The translations under genes and the position numbers were made by a program. A DNA stretch of 48,502 nucleotides from Clostridiales bacterium (GTDB lineage Bacteria > Bacillota > Clostridia > Lachnospirales > WQUN01). Positions 1 through 9,340 of the stretch are shown in pieces (the first letter of the stretch is position 1; every line of letters begins with the position of its first letter). The stretch is from contig JAITDJ010000092.1 in NCBI GenBank assembly GCA_031282635.1, forward strand, positions 1-48,502, read 5' to 3'. Under the pieces are notes generated by a model. That model searched no databases. It was not told the DNA's origin and saw nothing but the letters and a program-made list of their open reading frames with translations.

Positions 1-94
1 AGACGCTGTCATAATAATCGCGCATTTCTTTGACTAACGGAAAGCCGGCGACGCTGCCAAACACAAGCCCAGTCGCGACAATACCAAAAGAGCC

Positions 95-793
95 CTAGCC
101 AAAGAAACAATCATTATAAAGCAGCGGTTCAATATTTCTAAGCAATTCAACATCCGTGTCAAGATATATGCCGCCTTCATTGAATATTATGTCAAGTCTT
201 GCGTAATCGGAAGCAAACGCGTACTTTTTCTCTTTGTAGGCTGCCGCCATATACGATTGCTTAACTGGATCATAGTTGCTTTCATCCCAACGGATAATCT
301 CAAAATCCGGGCAGTATTTGCGCCACGAATCTATACAGCGCTTATGCTTTTCCGACATTTCATTTCCGCCAAACCATATATAGTGTATTTTTTTTGGTAT
401 TTTAGGCTCATCGCCAACCAGCAGAGTATAGGCCGGCGGCGCTTTTCTGATATACTCCCATATATAGCACTCAACTTTATTTAATTCGGGCATAGCGTGC
501 AGTTGTTCGAACAGATCAGGATAATCAGCTGACGTTATTAAGAAAACAGAGTTGGTTATGAGCGAAGTGCGTTTCACATAGTCATCAGGGGTTTCGGCCA
601 TCTTTGTTCCGTATGGACAGGTGAACGTTTGTGAAAAATTATCCAAAACGACAGATATTTTTTCAAAAAAATTATACTCATATAATAATTTGCAGATATC
701 GCTCAGCTGCTTGCCGGCGCCAACGCAAACCAACCGTCTGCCATCGTCAATTCGCGCTAGGAATTCAGGCGCGTCCATGTTTTTTAATATCAT
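95..793 (-). CDS. Glycosyltransferase with DXD sugar-binding motif (GT32 / capsular-polysaccharide-synthesis-like), N-terminal Rossmann-like module; ends at an in-frame TAG
   Basis: 'IPKKIHYIWFGG' and 'GGIYLDTDVE' (DXD) motifs. N-terminal 'RLVCVGAGKQ' glycine-rich module. The same frame stays open past the TAG at 95-97 to the window edge and reads GSFGIVATGLVFGSVAGFPLVKEMRDYYDSV. Confidence 0.75.
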   Translation of the reverse strand: MILKNMDAPEFLARIDDGRRLVCVGAGKQLSDICKLLYEYNFFEKISVVLDNFSQTFTCPYGTKMAETPDDYVKRTSLITNSVFLITSADYPDLFEQLHAMPELNKVECYIWEYIRKAPPAYTLLVGDEPKIPKKIHYIWFGGNEMSEKHKRCIDSWRKYCPDFEIIRWDESNYDPVKQSYMAAAYKEKKYAFASDYARLDIIFNEGGIYLDTDVELLRNIEPLLYNDCFFG

Positions 794-959
794 ACTTAAC
801 CCTCCATTGTATTAAGTATTACTGATATGGCAATAATTTTACCATATACGGCGTTCCTATTATTCCCACTGCATAAATACTCTATACAGATGTTGTATAC
901 GCGGCGCGTGACACTTTGAATAATTCCGGCCGTGTAATTAATGATGTTAAGGTGATAAA

Positions 960-2357
960 ATGAAAAAAGTCAGTATGATAATGGCGTGCTATAATTCAGC
1001 GCCGTATTTGGATCACATGCTGGAGTCAATCTTAGCCCAGACATATGATAATATAGAATTAATTACTGTTAACGGCAGTTCCTCCGATAATACAAGCGAA
1101 AAACTGAGGAGTTGGGTTCAGGCGTTCAAAGATCGCGGATATGGTATGTTGAATATTGAAAAACCGGGCAGCAGCCTTAATGACGCCGTAAATGAAGGTT
1201 TCAGGCATTTTACGGGTGACTTTGTATGTATTATTGATTCCGACGACTATGTAAGCCCTGAATATACGTGGGCATTGGTTCGCTGCCTGGAAGACGCGCC
1301 CGCGTGCGGATGGGCCAAATGCGACGCCGCGGTATTAATAGACGATACTATGGGCCAGCTGATTTCAAAAAACGCTAATAGAGTCAGTAAGCCATATATT
1401 ACAGACGATATGATAAGATTTATCGCCCGATTGGATTATCTGGACGGCTGGACTATCATGATGCGGGCGGATTATTTGAAAAGATGCCTGCCGGACTTGC
1501 GCCTTCCCGACGCGGTTTCGCATGAAATAGCGCTTATAGCGCTGTTGTCCGCCAATGGGTCTTATGCGCATATTCCCAGGGTCTTATATTACAACCTGCG
1601 TCATAAAGGCAGTGGTCATGACAGATATTATTCCGCCATAGAAAGCGCAATCAGCTCTTTGGACAGCTGTATATACAGTTTTAATAAATCGCTGTCATAT
1701 GTTGATATGGAAAAAGATAAGCGAGAGCGATATGAAACGGCTTTTTCCTTTAGATTCCTGAAGAAAAAATTTTTCTTGGCGCATAGGCTCGGCCATTGCG
1801 ATATTTGCGATCCTTTTATCAAAGATTTATTGCTCAGCTTGATTAATAATATTAATATGTCAGCGCCCGAAAATACACTCGATAATAATTCAGCGTTTTA
1901 TTGCGCTCCCATCGCTTGTGCCGCGTTAATAAATATAATATTATCCATACCTTTATCATGTTCGGAAGACGATTTAGCGTCTATTAAAGAGAAGGGCTTT
2001 ATTATTTACGGCGCCGGCAGCTATTGCAAATTTATCCTTCCCGCGCTTAAAGCGCTCGACCTGGAACCTATAGAAATATGGGATAAATCTGCGGCGGCAG
2101 GGGACAGCTTAAATGGTTATCCGCTTATAAACCCTTCCGACGCGCGTCCGCATAGCCCCATACTCATTATGCTCTCTTATGATTTGACAGAGGATATACT
2201 GCGAAATCAACTCAGAACAATTCCACGTGACGCCGTATATACAACCGATGAAGCGGAGTCTATACTTATCGCCGCGTTTGTTAAAAAATATATGCCCGAT
2301 AAAGCTGCTGAATTAACCTACGTCGGAAAGGAGAGGCGTCAACCGGCTGTAAATTAA
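960..2357 (+). CDS. Family 2 glycosyltransferase with C-terminal Rossmann-like extension
   Basis: N-terminal 'MIMACYNSAPYLDHMLESILAQTYDNIELITVNGSSSDNT' and 'IIDSDDY' (GT2 signature). C-terminal 'GFIIYGAGSYCKF...IWDKS' module. RBS aaggtga lies upstream of the ATG. Confidence 0.85.
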   Translation: MKKVSMIMACYNSAPYLDHMLESILAQTYDNIELITVNGSSSDNTSEKLRSWVQAFKDRGYGMLNIEKPGSSLNDAVNEGFRHFTGDFVCIIDSDDYVSPEYTWALVRCLEDAPACGWAKCDAAVLIDDTMGQLISKNANRVSKPYITDDMIRFIARLDYLDGWTIMMRADYLKRCLPDLRLPDAVSHEIALIALLSANGSYAHIPRVLYYNLRHKGSGHDRYYSAIESAISSLDSCIYSFNKSLSYVDMEKDKRERYETAFSFRFLKKKFFLAHRLGHCDICDPFIKDLLLSLINNINMSAPENTLDNNSAFYCAPIACAALINIILSIPLSCSEDDLASIKEKGFIIYGAGSYCKFILPALKALDLEPIEIWDKSAAAGDSLNGYPLINPSDARPHSPILIMLSYDLTEDILRNQLRTIPRDAVYTTDEAESILIAAFVKKYMPDKAAELTYVGKERRQPAVN

Positions 2358-2443
2358 TGTCTGTATAATAGGGAATGATTTATGCGAAACGGAACGATTA
2401 ACGCGGCGGTGAATCCCTGCGGAGAAACAATTGAGGCGGCGGT

Positions 2444-3733
2444 ATGACTGAAAACATTACGTTAAAGTTCGCCATGGGCATGTCCGTTAACCGGCAAACC
2501 GGACTGGAAGAGCGCGGCAGCGCGCGGTACATGTCCAGCCCGCGTTTTTACAAAGCCAACGGCGGCGCCAGGCTGGACGCGCGAAACAGGGAATTCGAGT
2601 ATTTCATAGCCATATACAAGCCCATTATTGAAGAGCGCTATATCTATACGTTCGACTATCAGGAAAACGAGAGCTGGACTGTTTACGAACCGGAGGGCGA
2701 CTATGACTCCTTCTGGCGTGAGGATCATATGTTTCTCTCCGACGTATATTTTCGTATCTGTATAAGACGAATCGACGGGGCCGATTTTTCGGAAGGGGAT
2801 CTGGATGAGGCGAATAGAGCTTTTATCTTAAACAACCCTGTGTCTGTAACGCCCGTTAAAACCCGTATTATAGACGAAGCGGAGCGCGCGTCGGATCGCG
2901 CGCGCCATTTCCGCGCCGCTGACAGCCTTGTCATCGCCCTGCTGGCGGACACACATTATGTTGTAAACGGCACATGGCCGGATACCGCCGAATCACTCCG
3001 GCAAACACATAAACTTACAGGCTTTCGCGCCATAATACATCTGGGTGATTTAACGGACGGCATGGTTACCGCAGAGGTTACGGAGGAATACGCCCGGCTT
3101 CAAATAGAAGAACTGAATTCAATCGCGCCGCTGTATTTAACGCCGGGCAATCACGATGCCAATTATTTCAGAGGCAACTCCGACGTATTTTCTCCGGAAA
3201 AGCAATGCGAGGTTTATTCGCTGCCCGCGCCCAGTTATTATACGGATTTTGCTGATAACCGGCTGCGCTTCATTTTCCTGCATTCCTATGACCCAATGGA
3301 AACGGAAAGGTACGGTTTCCGCGAAGAAGACGTTGCCTGGCTGAAAAAAGCGCTGGATTCCGTACCTGCGGGCTGGAAAGTCATTGTATTCAGCCATATC
3401 CCGCCGCTCGCAGAGCTGCAATACTGGAGCAAGACCATACGCAGCGGAGAAAAGGTATCGGCCCTGCTGGACGGGTATAAAAATATTCTGGCGTATATCC
3501 ATGGTCATAATCATACCGATACCGTTTATACGGGCCTTTCATTCCCCGTTATCGGCGTCGGCTGCGCCAAGATCGAATATTTTGAGGCATATAAGCCTCC
3601 GGGCGCCAGAACGGCTAAACGCGCTTTGAACAGCCGCACGCAGGAATTGTGGGACATTCTTGTTATTACCGGCGATCGGCTGGACTTTATCCGATATGGC
3701 GCCGGTGAAGACAGGCATATCCAACAGCGCTAG
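2444..3733 (+). CDS. Calcineurin-like metallophosphoesterase with ~170-aa N-terminal domain of unknown family
   Basis: Ordered motifs 'LADTH', 'GDLTDG', 'GNHD', 'SHIPP', 'GHNH'. I recognise no motif in the N-terminal third. Confidence 0.8.
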   Translation: MTENITLKFAMGMSVNRQTGLEERGSARYMSSPRFYKANGGARLDARNREFEYFIAIYKPIIEERYIYTFDYQENESWTVYEPEGDYDSFWREDHMFLSDVYFRICIRRIDGADFSEGDLDEANRAFILNNPVSVTPVKTRIIDEAERASDRARHFRAADSLVIALLADTHYVVNGTWPDTAESLRQTHKLTGFRAIIHLGDLTDGMVTAEVTEEYARLQIEELNSIAPLYLTPGNHDANYFRGNSDVFSPEKQCEVYSLPAPSYYTDFADNRLRFIFLHSYDPMETERYGFREEDVAWLKKALDSVPAGWKVIVFSHIPPLAELQYWSKTIRSGEKVSALLDGYKNILAYIHGHNHTDTVYTGLSFPVIGVGCAKIEYFEAYKPPGARTAKRALNSRTQELWDILVITGDRLDFIRYGAGEDRHIQQR

Positions 3734-3807
3734 CTTTACCGCTTCGCGCAGTCTATTTCGGGTAAAATCGGAAAGCGGTCGCTCCGGCCGAACTTATAGG
3801 GGGTAAT

Positions 3808-4494
3808 ATGCAAACACAGATATGGGCGCATCGCGGCGCCTCCGGCCACGCGCCGGAAAATACGCTTGCCGCTTTCAAACTGGCGCTGGATATGGGCGCG
3901 GACGGCGTCGAACTGGATGTTCAGCTTTCAAAAGACGGCGTGCCCGTGGTTATTCACGACGAAACCATAGATCGCGTAAGCGCATATAAAGGTTTTGTAA
4001 AGGATTTTACGCTGGAGCAGCTGAAAAACCTGATGGATATTCCGGCGCTTTCAGAGGTTCTGCCCATGCTGTCCGGCGTATTCGCGGACATAGAATTTAA
4101 AACAGGCGTTTTTCCTTATACGGGTATCGAAGAAAGGGTCATTTCCATGGTTCACGAGTATAAAATGGCCGGCAGCGTTTTATATTCCTCTTTTAACTGG
4201 CTGTCACTCCTAAAGGTTAAAGAAATAGACCCTTCCGCGAAAATCGGGCTGCTGTTCGGCGAAAGTACCATCATACCCCCGAGGATCGCCGCGCTTATGA
4301 ACGCTTCCGCGTTCTGCCCGGATATCTCCTGCGCGCGTTTCCCCGGATACCGCGCGTTATGCGAGGGAATTGAATTCTGTGTATGGACAATAAACGCGGA
4401 AAAGGATTTGACATGGGCGTATAATAACGGTATAGACGCGGTAATCACCAATTATCCCGACAAAGCCCTGGCGTTGAGGAATAAATTATGCTGA
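3808..4494 (+). CDS. Glycerophosphodiester phosphodiesterase (GDPD family)
   Basis: 'IWAHRGASGHAPENTLAAF...ADGVELDVQLSKDGVPVVIHDETIDR' is the canonical GDPD N-terminal signature. Confidence 0.9.
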   Translation: MQTQIWAHRGASGHAPENTLAAFKLALDMGADGVELDVQLSKDGVPVVIHDETIDRVSAYKGFVKDFTLEQLKNLMDIPALSEVLPMLSGVFADIEFKTGVFPYTGIEERVISMVHEYKMAGSVLYSSFNWLSLLKVKEIDPSAKIGLLFGESTIIPPRIAALMNASAFCPDISCARFPGYRALCEGIEFCVWTINAEKDLTWAYNNGIDAVITNYPDKALALRNKLC

Positions 4495-6347
4495 CGGCCC
4501 CGGAAGATTTGGATATAGCCCGGTATATAGATGAAAACCCGGACGGACGTTTTGAGAGCGTGCTGACGCGCGATACGCGCCGGCGCGTTTTTTTTCACCT
4601 TTCGCCCATAAGGGAATCGCTGTTGAACTGGTATCCGTTTGTGAAAGGCGCGGACATTCTGGAGCTCAACGCCGGCTTCGGCGCGTTAACCGGCTTGTTG
4701 TGTACGCACGGGCGCGTAACGGCCGTTCAGCCGGACACGTTCCGGGCCCGCGCGATAAAAATGCGCGCCCCCGGCGCGAAAGTCGTTGAAACGGCGATGC
4801 CGCGCCAAAGGTTCGACTATATTATTGACATGGATCCCGCCGATTTTTCGGAAGCGGCGTTCAAAAACAAAGCGAACATGTTAAACCCGAACGGCCGCCT
4901 GCTTATGGCGTTTCAAAATCCATTAGGGGTAAACTACTGGCTGGGCGGGCGCGGCTTTCACAGCGGCAAACGATATGACGCCGCCGCGTTCAGCCGGGCT
5001 GAAACAGCCGCGCCGGGCTTTCGCGTTTTAAAGTGGTACTATCCGCTGCCCGATCATTGGTTCGCGCGGGAGATTTATTCTCAAAATTTCCTTCCCAATC
5101 AGGCGCTTAACTCAAGAGGCAGGTTTCATTCAATGAATAGGCCGTTCGTTTCCGCAGACGTAAGCGTCATATACGGAAATATAATCCGGGCCGGGCTGTT
5201 TGAACAGCTTACCGGCTCATTCCTGCTGGAAGCCGGTCTTTCAGGGGTATGCGACGTGGATTTTGCCGCGTTAACCACATACAGGAAACCTGCCGGGAGA
5301 TTCGCGACCACGGTGCACAGAGGAGGGTTCGCGAAAAAGACCGCGCTCTCCCCCGAAGGCGCCGCTAATATAAAGCGGATAAAACAGAACCACGACGATC
5401 TCGTGAAACACGGGGTAAATACCCTGGCTCTGTCATTTAACTGCGAGGCGTTGATCATGCCGCGGATTAACCGGGAAACGCTGGCCGACTATTGGAAACG
5501 CCTGCGCCTTGAAGGCAGGCTGGACGAGAATGAATTCATACGTATCTTTGACCGGGTTCGTGAAGCGATACTGAAATCATCCGGATATGACCCGCCCGGC
5601 TCGTCCGGATGGTCTGAAACTCTGGGCGCGGTACAGCATAGGGCGTATCCGGAACTGGTTCCGGCTAATTGCTTCTATAGCCCCGATACCGGCGAATTAC
5701 TGTTTTTTGATCAGGAATTCGCGTATGAGCGTTATCCCGTAAATTTTGTTATCGGACGCGCCATATTATCCATACGGTATTACGGGCTGCCGCAGGAACT
5801 GCTTCAAACGCTTATTAAACGCTATAATCTGACGGAATGCTGGGAGCAAATAGAAGCGGAAACGCTTCGGATATATAATGAAATATTCAATCCGGCTGAA
5901 AACGCCATATTCGAGTCCGCTTATGCAGAAAAACCATACGTTACATACGCGGATTCAGACGCCGGCGACGCTGCGTTCAGGCTGACGGAACTGGGGGTTA
6001 AACGCGCCGCCGTATATGGGTACGGCAAACGGGGCAGAATACTATATAAAGCTCTGGATGACGCCGGCATAGAAACGTTGACCGTCGACCGAAACGGTAC
6101 GGCGGATTATATTTCCGTGAGTGATATTAAGGAAAATATTGAACTGATTCTGGTATCAATATTGGATAACGCGGAAGGGATCGTATCGGAATTGAGGCTT
6201 CAAACGCCGTATCCGGTATATGCGTTAACGGAGTTCCTCGCGCCCGCGTCTGACGTCTATGGCGCGTCATCGAAAATCAATGACCATACAGGTGAACCGG
6301 CATGGATCCGAACCTCCGCAATCAGGAAACCCGTTTGGAAGGTTTAG
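4488..6347 (+). CDS. Multidomain protein: class I SAM-methyltransferase-like N-terminus, ChoK/APH-like kinase-fold centre, Rossmann-like tail
   Basis: SAM motif I-like 'ILELNAGFGALTG'. Kinase-like 'YPELVPANCFY...LLFFDQEFAYERYPVNFVIGRAI'. C-terminal 'RAAVYGYGKRGRILY...TVDRNG'. ATGC overlap with the upstream stop. Confidence 0.6.
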   Translation: MLTAPEDLDIARYIDENPDGRFESVLTRDTRRRVFFHLSPIRESLLNWYPFVKGADILELNAGFGALTGLLCTHGRVTAVQPDTFRARAIKMRAPGAKVVETAMPRQRFDYIIDMDPADFSEAAFKNKANMLNPNGRLLMAFQNPLGVNYWLGGRGFHSGKRYDAAAFSRAETAAPGFRVLKWYYPLPDHWFAREIYSQNFLPNQALNSRGRFHSMNRPFVSADVSVIYGNIIRAGLFEQLTGSFLLEAGLSGVCDVDFAALTTYRKPAGRFATTVHRGGFAKKTALSPEGAANIKRIKQNHDDLVKHGVNTLALSFNCEALIMPRINRETLADYWKRLRLEGRLDENEFIRIFDRVREAILKSSGYDPPGSSGWSETLGAVQHRAYPELVPANCFYSPDTGELLFFDQEFAYERYPVNFVIGRAILSIRYYGLPQELLQTLIKRYNLTECWEQIEAETLRIYNEIFNPAENAIFESAYAEKPYVTYADSDAGDAAFRLTELGVKRAAVYGYGKRGRILYKALDDAGIETLTVDRNGTADYISVSDIKENIELILVSILDNAEGIVSELRLQTPYPVYALTEFLAPASDVYGASSKINDHTGEPAWIRTSAIRKPVWKV

Positions 6348-7504
6348 CCGGGGGGCAGTTGAAACAGCTGCAAGCGGCTGAGCTTATTCTGCTCGAAGAG
6401 TTTATAAATGTCTGTGATGAAATGGGGCTTGTCTATTACGTTTTGTTCGGAACATTGCTGGGGGCTGTCCGGCATAGGGGTTTTATCCCCTGGGACGATG
6501 ACATAGACGTGGCTATGCCCCGAAAGGATTATGACATTCTGCGGGGATCGGGAGACAGGTTTGCGCCGCCCCTCTTTCTGCAAACCCCTGAAAATGATCG
6601 CGGCGCCTGCCCCCGTTTTATGAGCCTGCGAAACAGCGGAACCACTTACGTCAGAAATGGTATGATAAGCGGCCTGACCGGATACGGGCATATGGGCTGC
6701 GGCATTGATATCCTGCCGCTGGACGGCGCGCCGTCCGGGAGAGCCGCGGACATTACGCGCAATCTTGCCGATAAAATTCATAAACTGCGTGTTAAACGCG
6801 CCGCCGTGGAGCAGGGCCAATGGGGGAGATTTCCCATGTGGAAAAAATTGCTTAGTTTTCCCGGGCTCTTTTCCCCATTCAGTTATAAGGCGCTGACAGA
6901 TATGTATCACCGCGTCTGCTCCATTGAGAGTAAAAGAATTGAAAGTAAAAGCATTGAAGGCCAAAGATCGCGATATTACATTATTCCCGTAATGCGGGAT
7001 AGGATCCTTCTGGAAAAGATCTGGTTCAAGGATCGGGTCTCGCTGGATTTTGAACATTTGAGGATTGCCGCCCCCGCCGGTTACGCTGATATAATTCGGG
7101 CGTTATACGGCGGCGCCGTGACGCCGCCTGCGGAGGAGCAAACCCCCAAACATACGGCCGTTTTTTATCCAAACATACCCTATGCGACTTATATGCGCCG
7201 GTATACCGATATATTCGCGGATCTCTCGGATAATACGGTATTGCTGTTCGGGGCCGGCGGCGTTATGAAATCGTACATGAGGCAATTCAGGCGGCGCCGT
7301 AAGCCTGCGGCCGTATTTGACAATGATCCGGCAAAGTGGGGCAAAACCATTCATGGTATTTATGTGCGGCCGCCCGAGTGTCTGTATGAATACCCTGAAG
7401 CCCGCATAATCATTACCAGCCTTTATCACGCTGAAATAGGCCGGCAGCTGGAGAATATGGGTCTGAATAATTACTTTGTTTTTGTGGACGGTTGGGAATA
7501 CTGA
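6302..7504 (+). CDS. LicD-family phosphotransferase with C-terminal Rossmann-like extension
   Basis: 'LFGTLLGAVRHRGFIPWDDDIDVAMPRKDY' LicD signature. C-terminal 'VLLFGAGGVMKSY...VFDNDPAKWGKTIHG'. The true start may be the TTG near 6359 after a G-rich RBS; the 6302 ATG overlaps the upstream gene by 46 nt. Confidence 0.85.
   Translation: MDPNLRNQETRLEGLAGGQLKQLQAAELILLEEFINVCDEMGLVYYVLFGTLLGAVRHRGFIPWDDDIDVAMPRKDYDILRGSGDRFAPPLFLQTPENDRGACPRFMSLRNSGTTYVRNGMISGLTGYGHMGCGIDILPLDGAPSGRAADITRNLADKIHKLRVKRAAVEQGQWGRFPMWKKLLSFPGLFSPFSYKALTDMYHRVCSIESKRIESKSIEGQRSRYYIIPVMRDRILLEKIWFKDRVSLDFEHLRIAAPAGYADIIRALYGGAVTPPAEEQTPKHTAVFYPNIPYATYMRRYTDIFADLSDNTVLLFGAGGVMKSYMRQFRRRRKPAAVFDNDPAKWGKTIHGIYVRPPECLYEYPEARIIITSLYHAEIGRQLENMGLNNYFVFVDGWEY
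6923..6967 (+). repeat. 3 x 15-bp imperfect in-frame tandem repeat inside licD-like gene (IESKR IESKS IEGQR)
   Basis: attgagagtaaaaga / attgaaagtaaaagc / attgaaggccaaaga, read directly. Confidence 0.85.
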
Positions 7505-7520
7505 AGAAGGGGAGGCCCGA

Positions 7521-8789
7521 ATGGTAAGCATTGTTATGCCTTGTTACAACAAGGGCTTATATATCGGTGAAATGCTTGAATCCATCATAAACCAGGATTG
7601 GGATGACATAGAGCTTATTCTGGTAAACGACGGCTCGACCGATAATACGAGCGAGGTTATCGAATCATATATACCGCGGATAAAAGCCCGCGGTTACAAG
7701 CTGCGGATAACCGATCAGGCGAACGCGGGGTGCCGCGCGGCGGTAAAGACCGGTCTGGCTCAAGTGACGGGCGATTATTTATGCATAATAGATCCGGACG
7801 ACGTTCTTAGCCCTCAATATGTGTCTGCAATGGCCGGCTGGCTTTCCCGGCGGCCCGAATATGATTTCGTAAGCTGCGACTCCGCAACAATTGAAAATCT
7901 TGACGGAATAGACGTCATAAGGCCCTTTTATTCACATGGGCTGGACGGCGCCGGCACATTGACGCCCGAATATTATCTGACCCATTTATACTTTAAAGCC
8001 ACATGGAATTACATGATAAGAAAATTATACTTTGACAGATGCAGGATTCTGGATATGTTTGAGACTTCCGGAAGAGGCTCTTATGAACCGCCCGTAATGA
8101 TTCCTCTAAGCGTTAATAAGGGCCGAATGAAACACTTTTCAGCGCCGCTTTATTTCTACCGGATAAATGACGGCGGCTTAAGCCAAACGCGAAATCTGGC
8201 GCAGGCGGACGCTTATTGGACGGATTATCACCAAACGATAGAAGCCGCGCTCTCCCGCATAGATACGATAAGCGAAGCCGAACGCAGCCGTCTGTCTGAT
8301 ATTTCGGCCTTTTACCGGCTTAAAATATTAATCCAGTTGTCCATATATTACAATGAGCCTCAAAATACCGCCCGGTTTATAGAAGAATTATCCGCGCTGA
8401 CTAAAAATCAGATACCAAAACCGAACAAAGGCATGGAAATAGTGTTTGGTTACGCTGCGGAATTGTTTTTACTGCGGCGCGAACCCGAATACGAAACCCC
8501 CGAAGGCCGCGTTATTGGCTGCGGGTCAAAGGGGAAAGCCGCGAGCAAACTGCTGCCCTTATTAAAAGGCACGGCTTTTGAACCGGATATGTTGTGGGAC
8601 GCTCAATCAGGTTTCCAGGATTTTCAGCATTTGACGCCCACGGACACAATATTGATACTTCCGACGAAACAACAGGCGGTTGATGAAATCAAAACGGCTC
8701 TGAAAGGCGCCCGCGTCCAACAGGTATTAGGTAACGAGGATATTTACAAAATTCTGGCGCGCGAGTACCTGGCGGCGGGCGTCGTATAA
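7521..8789 (+). CDS. Family 2 glycosyltransferase with C-terminal Rossmann-like extension
   Basis: 'VSIVMPCYNKGLYIGEMLESIINQDWDDIELILVNDGSTDNT' and 'IIDPDD'. ATG 7521 is preceded by the RBS ggggagg. C-terminal 'RVIGCGSKGKAAS...'. Confidence 0.85.
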   Translation: MVSIVMPCYNKGLYIGEMLESIINQDWDDIELILVNDGSTDNTSEVIESYIPRIKARGYKLRITDQANAGCRAAVKTGLAQVTGDYLCIIDPDDVLSPQYVSAMAGWLSRRPEYDFVSCDSATIENLDGIDVIRPFYSHGLDGAGTLTPEYYLTHLYFKATWNYMIRKLYFDRCRILDMFETSGRGSYEPPVMIPLSVNKGRMKHFSAPLYFYRINDGGLSQTRNLAQADAYWTDYHQTIEAALSRIDTISEAERSRLSDISAFYRLKILIQLSIYYNEPQNTARFIEELSALTKNQIPKPNKGMEIVFGYAAELFLLRREPEYETPEGRVIGCGSKGKAASKLLPLLKGTAFEPDMLWDAQSGFQDFQHLTPTDTILILPTKQQAVDEIKTALKGARVQQVLGNEDIYKILAREYLAAGVV

Positions 8790-8806
8790 CAAACGGGAGG
8801 CGTGCC

Positions 8807-9247
8807 ATGCTCGCGGCCGAAACCGACAGACGTTATAAGAGGGGATATGTATCCGGATCCTTTGATATGTTTCACATAGGTCATTTGAACCTGCTGCGCC
8901 GCGCGCGGCAGCGCTGCGACTATTTGCTGGTGGGCGTGCTGACGGATGAACTGATAACGGCCGGCAAGAAACGCCGCCCCGTTATACCGCTGCCCGAACG
9001 CATGGAAATTATCCGCGAACTGCGCTGCGTGGACGAAACGGACGTAACCACGCCGGATGTAATCCCCAAGCTGGCCGCGTGGGAAAAATACCGGTTCGAC
9101 GCCATGTTCAGCGGCGACGACTGGCTGGGCAAGCCCGGCTGGGCCGAGGAAGAGCGGCAGTTGAACCGGGTGGGCGCGGATTTGGTATACTTTACGTATA
9201 CGCGATACAGAAGCACCACGGAGATTATAAAGAGATTACAAAGCTGA
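8807..9247 (+). CDS. Cytidylyltransferase-family nucleotidyltransferase (TagD / phospho-alcohol cytidylyltransferase-like)
   Basis: 'GYVSGSFDMFHIGHLNLLRRARQRCDYLLVGV' HxGH motif; size ~146 aa. Confidence 0.8.
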   Translation: MLAAETDRRYKRGYVSGSFDMFHIGHLNLLRRARQRCDYLLVGVLTDELITAGKKRRPVIPLPERMEIIRELRCVDETDVTTPDVIPKLAAWEKYRFDAMFSGDDWLGKPGWAEEERQLNRVGADLVYFTYTRYRSTTEIIKRLQS

Positions 9248-9340
9248 AGCGGCGGATAAGGCCAGGCCCTATCCGCTCTTTTACCCGGCAATTTGGGTTA
9301 AATTATAACGCGCCGCATAAAATAAGCAGGGGCGTAATTT

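Noticed and set aside
95-97. The in-frame TAG as programmed recoding (pyrrolysine or stop-codon reassignment).
   Set aside because: TAG terminates several other well-supported genes here, for example at 3733, 6347 and 31414. No pyl genes or recoding signals are visible, so a nonsense mutation or sequencing error is the simpler explanation.
6344-7057. A 237-aa minus-strand ORF opposite the licD-like gene. The same applies to 11382-11984, 12715-13275, 19058-19657 and 46703-47272.
   Set aside because: Each lies antisense to a gene with strong family signatures (LicD, TagF-like, ribosomal proteins, ECF sigma). None has a start context or a recognisable motif.
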